From: Folioceros fuciformis
Lineage: Eukaryota
Length of the DNA: 32,676 nt
Direction of reading: 5' to 3'
Assembly (NCBI GenBank): GCA_049999805.1
Contig: JBNGIO010006316.1
Location: 560,983-593,658 of the forward strand
The notes beneath the pieces were generated by a model, which saw only the letters and a list, made by a program, of their open reading frames with translations, searched no databases and was not told where the DNA came from. Below, in pieces: positions 23,418-32,676 of the stretch (positions are counted from its first letter, which is position 1; every line of letters starts with the position of its first letter). The position numbers and the translations under genes are program-made.

Positions 23418-26400
23418 ATGGCGGAGCAGGACGACTATCACTGGCTCTCTTTGCCGGGAATGCTGCCAGAGCTGCTGGCAGATCTGGAAGGGCACGCCTT
23501 GACCGAACTCCCCAACTTGGGCGGAACGGAGTATGGCGATTTCTTCAGAAGGAGAGCTTCAACGAGGATGGATGGCAGGTACTGGCGAGTGCGTAAGCAG
23601 GTATTGACAGCTGTTGGCCAGTGCCGCAGTCTCCGCCAGCTGAAGATATCTGAACGGTGGGAAATCGGCATCGGTCGGGAGGACGAATGCGCGGTTCTGT
23701 TGGAGGGCCTGGCATCCAACCCTTCCCTGGAATCTCTTGATCTGTGTGACTGCTCAGGTTTTGGAAGGCTGGCGGGTTGCAAGGCCCTAGGCCAGCTTAT
23801 TGCTTCTAGTCGCAGCTTGCGACAGCTGAAGGCATGGGACATTGGACTTGGTACCGCTGGACTTGGTGCCCTGGTCGATGGCTTCAACCAGGATTCTGTC
23901 CTGGAGCATTTGAGCCTAAACTTTAACAGAGTGGGAGATGGTGAAGGGGCACAGCACCTGGCTCGCATGCTGGCCACCGCTCCCCGTCTCAATGTCCTGG
24001 ACCTGTATGGGATCGGCATGGATGAGGAGGGAGTCCAGTGTATTGCGAACGCTCTTCCGCTCCATGCCTCGCTCCGGACACTTCAGTTGAGTGGTGATAA
24101 ATACCCGAGTGACAGTAGTACAATTAGGGGTTCCGTACAGGGCAGCCTGGGGCTAATGAGCACCTTGTGCAAACTGGCTTTCACCCGTGCTGATGCTGAG
24201 GCTGATGCTCCCATATCTGGGGTCACCAAGCTGACGTTGGATGTCGGGAAGGGAGACGAGCCAGGCCTGGCCGACGCCCTTGCCGGAATGTTGCGCACCA
24301 ACGATTGTATCACGGAGCTTCGGATCAGTTGTTGTGTTGTCAAGTTCGGCCTGGACGCCTGGCGCCACAACTCCACCCTCTCCACGCTTTTCTTGTCCGA
24401 CTATGAGCGTGACGGGTCGTTAAGTGAATTTTCGATGTCGTTTCTGGAGTGCAAATCATTACGCATCTTGGCTTTGTACAGGATAACGGGGCCCTCTTTC
24501 TTCAAAGCGGTGATGCAGTCTTTGGCGGAAAATACATCTTTGAATGAGTTCCGCATTGTGGATTGCAAGGGACTTGACGATGAGCTATTCAGAGAATTGA
24601 TGCAGTCGCTCCAAGTCAACACCACTTTGCAGGAGATCAGCGTACGGGCTACGAATTGGGAGACGGAGGGAAAGCAGGCCATCATCAACGCGACGTTGGC
24701 ACGCAATTTTAGTCACAGGGCCTACTGGCCTTTGCTTTTGGAGGGGCATGAGGCTGTGAAGCCCAGGGTCGGCCGCCTTTTCCTGTGCGGTGCACCTTAC
24801 GCAGGGAAGACCACTCTCCGAAACACCATGATCACCGCATGGCGCGCATGGCAACCACACACATCACATTGTACAGGAGCCGCTTCAGCCAAGCGAGTCC
24901 AATCGTGGGAACAACTGTTTCTAGGTTGGAATGGTTTCTGGTTCGGTAATGTTCCACTCATTGGAGCTGCATCATACAACCAGGTGGGAACTGTTCCCAG
25001 AACGGAAGGCATAGAAATCGATGTGCTGCGCAACGACGACGAGATGGAAGTTACCATTTGGGATCTGGCTGGACAAGCTCACTACCGTGCTCTGCAAGAC
25101 TACTTGTTCCCGAGCTTCAACCAGACATGTGTCTTCCTGTTCACATTCAACCCACTTGATGCCCACAAGCCTGGCGAACCCCTTCCGTCCGATGAAATGC
25201 TGCTGGACAAGTTCAGGAACGGCTTCAAGTTTTGGCTTAGATTTATCCACTCCAATTCTCGCAACGTGGGTTCCTGTTTGCCTCGGGTATTTGTGGTTGT
25301 CACTCATAAGGATCGGATGGAGGATTTGGACGCTAAATATCTGGTTGGTCTGCTGCAACCAGTCGTGGAAGAGTTGGCCAAGACTTTCGAGGAGGTACTT
25401 CTTATCAGGACAACGCCTTTCTTCATGGATGCTCGATCTGAACAGACTGTGCAGCCTTTGCTGGAGCAGCTATTCCAATCATTTCAAGAGCTATTTGCGC
25501 TTCCTTTGTTTTCGGTCCCGAAGGCGTGCAATCGATTGAGTGCTGCTTTGACTCACTGGGTATCTCAAAATCCAGGTCAGCCTCTGGTGACCAAGGAGAG
25601 GTGCAAAAACCTGTTTAACGCACATGATGAGCAACGCCTTCAAGCAATTCTTGCCTATCTGCACAACGCAGGCCGGGTCATCTGGTTCCAGGATGCAGAT
25701 GCAGATGCTGTGGTGGTAAATCCACACTGGATCAGTCATTCGTTCCTGGGCCATCTCACTGAGTGCCTAGCCGGACAGTCTTCCCTGGGGAGATCGCGAG
25801 ACCGTGGATTTGTTGCTGAAGACCTCCTCAACGACACCTTAGCCCGGATCCTCAAGGACACGCACGCGGCCGACAGGATTCGTGTCGAAGATTTGGTATC
25901 ATTGATGATGAGGCTAAACTTGTGCTATCGAGATGACGCGAATCCAAGGCCTGGATTCTTCGTTCCGTTCACCTTGGATGACGCCGAAGGTAAAGCTCTT
26001 CGTGGGGAACGACAGCTGCACTGGGACGGGGTAACGGCGGGCCAGTACAATTACGTGGGGAGGCGGCTACAATGCCGAGATGAAACCAAGACGTTTCTCG
26101 GTCCAGGATTCTTTCCAAGATTCCAAGTACGTTACCTTGTGAACTGTCTCTGTAGATCTGTCGCTAGTGATTTATCCTCTCTTGGGTTTCCTGACTATAT
26201 CGCCAACGGTTGTGCATTGCAGGTCAAATTACGACAGATCTTGTTCGATGGGCTCTCCGGTATGGAGTCTCATCAATATAGCATTGCCCGTAACTTGATA
26301 ACATTTAAGTATGGTGGTATGGATGTGTTCTTGGAGAGTAGCGGGGATATTGGGGAGGAGACCGGGGATATCGGGGATCGTGTTGACATTTTGATGAGGT

Positions 26401-27626
26401 CACTCAGGAGGAAGGACGAAACGATCCAGTTTCTCCAGAGGCATATTGTTGCAGAGCTGAGAGCATTTTGTGCTTCTCCTGAAGGTAGTCCTGGAGTTGA
26501 GCTTGTAGAAGGGATCATCAGGACCGAGTGTGTAGAGAAGCTCACACCTTGTATTCACCGACACAATCAATCAGTTCTCACACACAGGTTGATGGAGTCG
26601 TTTCTCAAAAGCCTGCAGACCTCTCAGATTTCCTCCGGTTCGGATCTGCCTCCTCACTTCCACGTCTGGCCAGCTGCAGAAAGGCCTGAAGCCAGTCTAC
26701 GCTGTGCACAAGAGGATGCCAGAAACTTCTTAAGTAGCGGTGAGGTTGAAAGTGTTTTGAAGACGTGGCGGACAGGGCTACCGCGCAATGCAACGAGTGG
26801 CCCTTCAGCTGGCTCAAGTCACTCACAGGGATCGCCTCACATCGAGTCAGTGCAGGAATTATCATATCCAAACCAAAGGGTGAAAGTAGGTGAGCGGAGA
26901 GGTCTGGCAATGATAGTCAGCATGGAAGACCACAGACATGGAGGACAGGTAGACAGAGGGCGACTTGAAGCTCTCTTCGAGATGTTGAATTTTGAAACAG
27001 ATATCGTGGTGAGCGGTCCTAAGGAAGGGAAATCAAGGTTGAAAGCTATTCTCAGGGTCCCTCACCTAGCAGAAGACGATTGCTTTCTGTTTTGCGTGAA
27101 CGCCCATGGTGGGACTGATGAAGACGGAAGGCAGTATGTTTTCTCAGGTGAAGCAGACAAGGCGGAGAAGCTTTATGTTGAAGAAGATATTTTGAAGCCC
27201 ATCGCTGAATGCCAGTATTTGGCACACAAGCCTAAGGTGGTCATCATAAATGCTTGTCGAGGAACTGGCCGTCTTGTCAAAAACATGAAAGCACAGGGGT
27301 CGAGCCCCGCCGACCTTGCCACTACCAGCAAAGCCGAGGGGTCAGAGGTTGAGGGAAGGCAGGGTCCCAACAAGAGAACTCGACCCTTGTATCAGGCGAA
27401 AGATATTCTCACCGTCTTCTCTACCAGTCCTGGAGATTTATCCTTCAGAAATGTGGAGGAAGGCACAAACTTCATCGTATCTTTCATGAGAGCCATCATT
27501 GACCACTCTCGTACCGAAGATGTGGTGAGCATTCTAACAAGAGTGACTCGCGAGGTCACCGAAATGCAGAACGTGCAGTGTCCCCAGTTCGTCAGCTCTC
27601 TCACTGGAAAGCTATACTGGTCTTAA
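23418..27626 (+). CDS. TORNADO1-like ROCO protein (RI-type LRRs, Roc GTPase, COR) with C-terminal caspase (peptidase C14A-like) domain; probable 96-nt in-frame intron 26127-26222
   Basis: LRRs: SLESLDLCDC, VLEHLSLNFNRVGD, RLNVLDLYGIGMD. Roc: P-loop GAPYAGKTT (24789), RTEGIEI, TIWDLAGQ, VVTHKD. COR/TRN1-like: VVVNPHW, YVGRRLQCRD..TFLGPGFFPRFQV. Caspase from ~26865: RHGGQVD, DDCFLFCVNAHG, KPKVVIINACRG, DILTVFSTSPGDLSFRN, QCPQFVSSLTGKLYW. The 1402-codon ORF is uninterrupted. Confidence 0.9.
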   Translation: MAEQDDYHWLSLPGMLPELLADLEGHALTELPNLGGTEYGDFFRRRASTRMDGRYWRVRKQVLTAVGQCRSLRQLKISERWEIGIGREDECAVLLEGLASNPSLESLDLCDCSGFGRLAGCKALGQLIASSRSLRQLKAWDIGLGTAGLGALVDGFNQDSVLEHLSLNFNRVGDGEGAQHLARMLATAPRLNVLDLYGIGMDEEGVQCIANALPLHASLRTLQLSGDKYPSDSSTIRGSVQGSLGLMSTLCKLAFTRADAEADAPISGVTKLTLDVGKGDEPGLADALAGMLRTNDCITELRISCCVVKFGLDAWRHNSTLSTLFLSDYERDGSLSEFSMSFLECKSLRILALYRITGPSFFKAVMQSLAENTSLNEFRIVDCKGLDDELFRELMQSLQVNTTLQEISVRATNWETEGKQAIINATLARNFSHRAYWPLLLEGHEAVKPRVGRLFLCGAPYAGKTTLRNTMITAWRAWQPHTSHCTGAASAKRVQSWEQLFLGWNGFWFGNVPLIGAASYNQVGTVPRTEGIEIDVLRNDDEMEVTIWDLAGQAHYRALQDYLFPSFNQTCVFLFTFNPLDAHKPGEPLPSDEMLLDKFRNGFKFWLRFIHSNSRNVGSCLPRVFVVVTHKDRMEDLDAKYLVGLLQPVVEELAKTFEEVLLIRTTPFFMDARSEQTVQPLLEQLFQSFQELFALPLFSVPKACNRLSAALTHWVSQNPGQPLVTKERCKNLFNAHDEQRLQAILAYLHNAGRVIWFQDADADAVVVNPHWISHSFLGHLTECLAGQSSLGRSRDRGFVAEDLLNDTLARILKDTHAADRIRVEDLVSLMMRLNLCYRDDANPRPGFFVPFTLDDAEGKALRGERQLHWDGVTAGQYNYVGRRLQCRDETKTFLGPGFFPRFQVRYLVNCLCRSVASDLSSLGFPDYIANGCALQVKLRQILFDGLSGMESHQYSIARNLITFKYGGMDVFLESSGDIGEETGDIGDRVDILMRSLRRKDETIQFLQRHIVAELRAFCASPEGSPGVELVEGIIRTECVEKLTPCIHRHNQSVLTHRLMESFLKSLQTSQISSGSDLPPHFHVWPAAERPEASLRCAQEDARNFLSSGEVESVLKTWRTGLPRNATSGPSAGSSHSQGSPHIESVQELSYPNQRVKVGERRGLAMIVSMEDHRHGGQVDRGRLEALFEMLNFETDIVVSGPKEGKSRLKAILRVPHLAEDDCFLFCVNAHGGTDEDGRQYVFSGEADKAEKLYVEEDILKPIAECQYLAHKPKVVIINACRGTGRLVKNMKAQGSSPADLATTSKAEGSEVEGRQGPNKRTRPLYQAKDILTVFSTSPGDLSFRNVEEGTNFIVSFMRAIIDHSRTEDVVSILTRVTREVTEMQNVQCPQFVSSLTGKLYWS

Positions 27627-29392
27627 ATCACTCCATTCTCTACACATGCCTGGTTGGCTAGCGTGAGGAACGTGTATTGCCTTCCCTCAAGTGTGAGGTA
27701 TCAAGTGTCTCTCTAGCTACATACTGTACTGCCTGTTTCTTGGTGTGACAAACTGCTTCTGATCTGACCTTCTCTCGTCTCCTCCCGTTCTCTGCCTGTT
27801 CGGCAAGAACGTTCTCTCACAGGGTCCTGTCCTGGTGTGGATCGACAGATGATCAGTCGTGGAGGCCATGTGTAGGGAGAGAAGATGGTGCTGTGTTCGT
27901 ACACACCTGGGAGGTGTTGGTTTCAAGAATGTCTCAAATTGAGAACGGTGAGACTGTAAATCGATCCTGTGTATTGTGAATATGAGAACTGTACAAGGAA
28001 ATGCTCAGAGAGCATATGAGAGATGAGTCACGAACAGTCACGACTGTTCATGAACTGGCTTGATCACTGAAGTCCTAATTCCACGGTCGGCTTATGTGTA
28101 TGTTTTCCTACATACTCACAAAGAAGCAAGTCCAAGTTTGGAGTCTGAACTTCTGGTGTGTACATTGTTCTGTACACCAGCGCGAGAATATATGTATCCT
28201 TCATCTTCCATTCCAGACCAGGCAAAAGCAAAGCTGGGACAGCATGCCCTGTCTGAACTGGCGTCGAGGCTTCTGCCTTCGTGTCACTGTGATACCAGGC
28301 AGCACGCAGCGGTAGCTCACGGCTTGTCACAACTGAATTATGGTTGGTAGCACGTTCTAGGTTTGGTGCTGTCGCCGTCGTTTATCCTGGTCTGGACCAC
28401 GCCTGTCTCTCTCTTCCTCTATTCATAAAGCCCGGGTTTTCTCCACTACACACTGACCGACGTATGTACATGTACTGCATGTAATATTCGTGTCCCGCTC
28501 AGCAGCAGCGAAGAACGTTCTCGATCGCGCAGGATGTCAAGGGGAATTGTGAACGGGGCGTATCTCGGTGTTGGTAGGCAGATGTTTCATTGGCCGGGCT
28601 GTGTGACTCGTTTCGGCTTGCTCAATAGTAATGCGTAAGGCGTTGCCCCACAAAATGCATATTCTCATCCCTGATGACTGGCTGCAGAAGTGAGACAACT
28701 TGGCCAGTCAGCAAGCCAACTTGTCTCTCCTTCTGAGTGATGTACCGGGCCAAAGGCGTAGTGCTGTGTTGTGTTGTGACTCGAGCTCTTGTAGGGCGGA
28801 GATGTGGAACATGGATGCCAGCCTTGCAACAGAACGGCCCATTCGTCCTGGCCTGTCTTGCACTGCCACCGCTCCAATCGGATACCTGACCCCTCCACTG
28901 ACGGCTAACATCAGTTCATGACCGGGCAAGGCGAATGGCATCATGATCAAATGAGGAGGTGTAGAAGGAATTTCTTCTACGCCCTACCATGACCAGCAGA
29001 CAATCTCAGGACGAAAGGTTCCAAACAGGCTGAAAGTGGAGAGGACTAGAGCTTATTCAGAACAGGACCCTTCCTAACTGGAGCATTCGGCGGACGGGGT
29101 CCACGAATTGAGGGTTTGTCTTCCGACAATGTGGAGGATGAGACTGTTTTTTCTCTCCTTGTTTGCTCCTTGTTTGGCACACACTGAATAGGATAATTGC
29201 ATAGTTTGTGTGAATGGGAGAATTGCATAGTTTGTATGGGTAGTGGACGGTAGTTTGTGTACTCCTTCCCTGCGCTCTGCCGACGAATCGCCCTCTACAT
29301 CCTTGAGCGTGCTCGCCTTTTATGTTTACGATAGCTGAGCTCACCTGAGTACAACGGGAGGCAGACCTTTTGATACACACACAATTCAGAAA

Positions 29393-29750
29393 GAAACCAC
29401 ATACAGACTGTTTCTGATTCGAATACGCAATCTGGCTTTTCTTCCTTTGGCAGGCATGATGTATATTTTCGAGGTACGTACAATGTGGGATTTGAAGCAA
29501 CCCAGACGGGCAGTCTCATTCAGAGGAAAATGCTCCAAAGGAGGGGATGACGATGAATGGGCTGGGAGCCTAGCTGAGCCGAGCTGAGCAGAACTCAGGT
29601 GGTGGGATCCTACGGTCCATAGACCCACCTTCCATGTGAAGGAAGGCATCTCTCCTGCAAGGTGCAGTGTAGCAACAGTCATGTTCTGTCCTCAGGTGAC
29701 AAGTGGGGGAGGGAAGGAAAGCTGGAAGCAGCAGCTTAGAAAACTTTTAC
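29393..29750 (+). repeat. Dispersed repeat, longest copy, upstream of the ROCO-caspase pseudogene
   Basis: Contains all the blocks shared with the 16500, 18585 and 22522 copies. Confidence 0.85.
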
Positions 29751-29844
29751 CTCAAAAGCTCCTCAAGCTCGCAACCTTGGACCAGGTCACCAGATCCTCA
29801 AAAGCACGGAAGCGGACGAGACTGGTGGTGAACATTTCGTATTA

Positions 29845-31270
29845 TTGATGGAGAGACTAAACTTGTGCTATGAAGATATGCGAACCCTAGCCCTGGATTC
29901 TTCGTTCCCTTCACCTTGGATGACACAGAAGGTAAAGATCTTCAAGGGAACGACAGTTGGTCTGGAAGGGTGGTACAGCACTCAAGTACACGTACTTAGG
30001 GAGGCGGCTACAATGCCGAGAGACTGGAAGGGTGGTACAGTGCACAAGTACAACTACTTAGAGAGGTGGCTACAATGCCGAGATAAACGAACACGTTTGT
30101 CGTCCAGGCTTCTTTCCAAGATTCTAGGTACGTTACCTTGTGAGGTCTGTGACACTTCGTTAGTGATATATGCTCTCTTTGGCTTTCATGACATGGCCAA
30201 TGGTTGTGCGTTGCAGGTCAAGTTACGACAGATCTTGTTTAATGGACCCTAGGGTATGAAGTGTCATCAGAATAGCATTGCCCGCAACTTGATCAAATTT
30301 AACTACTATGTTATGGAATTATTTTTGGAGAGCAGTGGGGATATTGGGGAGGAGACCGGGGACATTGGTGATCGTGTTGACATTTTGATGAGGTCACTCA
30401 AGAGCAAAGACAAAACGATCGAATTTCTCCAGCAGAGTTTGGTTGCGGAACTGAGAGCATTTTGTGCTTCTCCTGAAGGTAGTCCTGGAGTTGAACTAGT
30501 AGAAGGGATCATCAGGACTGAGTGTGTGGAGAACCTCAGGGAAGGAACCATCGTATCCAAAGTCAGTCACAGGGACCGCCTCTACTGAAGTCAGGGAAGG
30601 AACCGTCATATCCAAACGAAAGGGTGAAAGCAGGTCACGGGCGAGGTCTTGCAATGATAGTCAGTATAGAAAAAGGCAGAGATGGAGGACAGCTAGACAG
30701 AGGGCGACTCGACGTTCTTCTCCGTGGTCTGCCCTTGAAGTTTGAGATGAGTCTGTGTGGTGGACGATCTTAAGGAAGCGAAATCAACGTTGGAGCGCGT
30801 TGTCAGGCATCCTGACTTCGATAAGGACGATTGTTTTCTGTTTTACGTAAATGCCCATGGTGAGACTGAAGAAGATGGTAGAGAGTATGTTTGCTTAGGT
30901 GAAGCAGACAAGGCGGAGAAGCTTTATGTCGAGGAAGTTATTTTAAAGCCCATCGCTGAATGCGGGAATTTGGCAAACAAGCCGAAGGTGGTTGTCATAA
31001 ATGTTTGTCGAGGCACCGCCAGCCTTGCCACTAGCAGCAAAGCCATGGGCTCAGACGTTGAGGAAAGCCAGGGTCCCAGCAAGAGAATTCGACTCCTGTA
31101 TTATGCGAGCAACTTTCTCACCGTGTACTCCACCAGTCCTGGAGACTAATCTTTGAGAGATGTCAAGAAAGGCCCAAACTTCATCATAGCTTTCATGAAC
31201 GTCATCATAGCTTTTGTTTTTGTATGTTTGCTTTTGTTTGTAGGTGAAGCAGACAACGCCGAGAAGCTGC
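29845..31270 (+). pseudogene. Degenerate paralog of the ROCO-caspase gene (C-terminal COR plus caspase), with frameshifts, stops and internal duplications
   Basis: Retains MERLNLCY, WLQCRD, ESSGDIGEETGDIGDRVDILMRSL, ELRAFCASPEGSPGVELVEGIIRTECVE, GRGLAMIVS, DDCFLFYVNAHG, KPKVVVINVCRG and STSPGD. In-frame TAG at 30250 and TAA at 31147. Confidence 0.92.
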
Positions 31271-32129
31271 GGCGGAGTGCGGGAAGCCGCTGTGGGTGGG
31301 ATCATTCTGTACCTCGTTGCCCGTGGCTGAGGCCACCACGTGATCTCATCGTCACTTGCTTAACAGAGAGAGATATGAGTGATGGTCATGGAGAGCACCC
31401 CTCATGAAGTTAGGATGAGGTCTTCAAGAGTTCTGACCGTTAGGAACCTTTTTTCTGATCGAACTGGGCCCACTGCCGGAAGAGTGTCCGATCGATCATG
31501 GTGCATGCTAGTCCTCGGGACTGGAAATTTAATGCCAGAACCACAGCAGAAGGGAATAGTAGGATGAGGTTGATTGAGCGAAGCCGTGATGCAGACCAGA
31601 TTTAGTCCCCGCGGCCCGGTGACGGAAATGCGTCAGGTGCATTTCAAGCCTGGCGAGCTTGCCAGTGCCACACAAGTAAGGCAGTGGAAAGCGTGCGCAT
31701 CTGCCTGGTTTGAAGAACTGTCGCAGCCCTTGTGTTGCTTGTTCATGGTTTGATCTTTCGGCTTGCTTTCAGGTGGACCAAGGGCATGTCAGGCAGTGTG
31801 GAACAATTTCATTGCGGACAGCACTACTGGCAAGGTATGATGCTCTGGCGGCTGAGGATTAGCTGTTGAATTCGAGAGCACCCAGGCACGGACTGACTCG
31901 CACTTAGTGCACAGCAAAACGAGGAGAGCTGTTTGTTCTGAATCCTGGTCGAATCAGGTGCAGTGCAGATAAGCTGCCCTCAGCCGTTCATTCAGCCAGG
32001 GACTCTACCCTCAATCGGAGGAAAGAGTCCAGGGACAGCGGAAAGCTGAAGGAGCTCGTGCGAGTGTTGTAGATGTAACGATGTCCATGGATGCAGTGAC
32101 CTTTCCAACGATGGACTGGCTGGTGACAG

Positions 32130-32676
32130 GGAAATGTGTGGCATGGAATGCACTGATTCCTAGGAATGCAACGGAGGGGCTCGGCTGATCTGTATGGACG
32201 TTTGTTCTGTCTGGACAGAATGGATCAGGAGGGCCTGATTTTGGCGGACTCGTTGAGAAGGACGTTGTGACGTGGACTACCATGATATCCGGGTACTCCC
32301 AGCAGGGCACGGGGCAGTAAACGCTTCTTGTCTACAGTGCTATGCTGGAAGGACGGGTGGCTGTACCCAGCTCTGTGACTTATGTCTGCCTCCTGCGGGC
32401 ATGTGCAAGTGTGGGCTCCCCTGCTCTGGTGACGGGGAAGCAGCTCCATGAGCTAATCAGAGCACAAGGACATCTGCCTAATGTGTCTGTAGCCAATAGC
32501 TTGGTGAACATGTATGCGAAGTGTGGCAGCCTAGAGGATGCCCAAGGATTGTGTTGTGAAATGGGTCAGAAAGACGTGGTGACGTGGACTGCTCTAGTTG
32601 CAGGGTATTCCCAACAGGGCAAGGGCCAGGAGGCCCTTCAGCTCTACAGTGCCATGCAGGAAGAAGGCATCGCTGT
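32130..32676 (+). pseudogene. PLS-class PPR gene fragment with internal stop, running off the window end
   Basis: Hand translation gives EKDVVTWTTMISGYSQQGTGQ* (TAA ~32318), then VTYVCLLRACASV, VANSLVNMYAKCGSLEDA and KDVVTWTALVAGYSQQGKGQEALQLY. Confidence 0.82.

Noticed and set aside
26865-27626. Calling the protease domain a plant metacaspase
   Set aside because: It lacks the D(S/A)CHSG motif and the acidic S1 residues, and has KPK..ACRG plus both S1 arginines instead.
28028-28058. Short hairpin (tcacgaacagt/actgttcatga) as a Helitron 3' end
   Set aside because: The spacing to a CTRR end is atypical and no matching 5' terminus was identified.
28665-29120. Possible exons of a partner gene between the two ROCO-caspase copies
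   Set aside because: All three plus-strand frames contain stops and no recognisable motif. It cannot be supported without a search.

Overview
Eukaryotic nuclear DNA from a seed-free land plant with a compact, short-intron genome. A hornwort is the most likely source, inferred from KP- and WW-type PPR editing-factor termini plus gene density. The left part (~1-13.0 kb) is a dense housekeeping block: psaD, a Gfo/Idh/MocA oxidoreductase, cornichon, a conserved unknown protein, an FSP1/AIFM2-like oxidoreductase, APE2 and tRNA-Thr(AGT). The right part (~13-32.7 kb) is a fast-turnover zone of broken PLS-class PPR genes, tandem repeats and a dispersed repeat. Inside it sits one intact 4.2-kb ORF (23418..27626) encoding a TORNADO1-like LRR-Roc-COR protein whose C-terminus is a caspase domain of the animal type rather than the metacaspase type (AHG, KPKxxxxNACRG, both S1 arginines, p10 STxPG..SFRN..G..FI and terminal QxP..S.L..KLY motifs). 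Two decayed paralogous caspase fragments flank it. This looks like a possibly undescribed sensor-switch-protease receptor family in a plant. All assignments come from reading motifs by eye; no searches were run.
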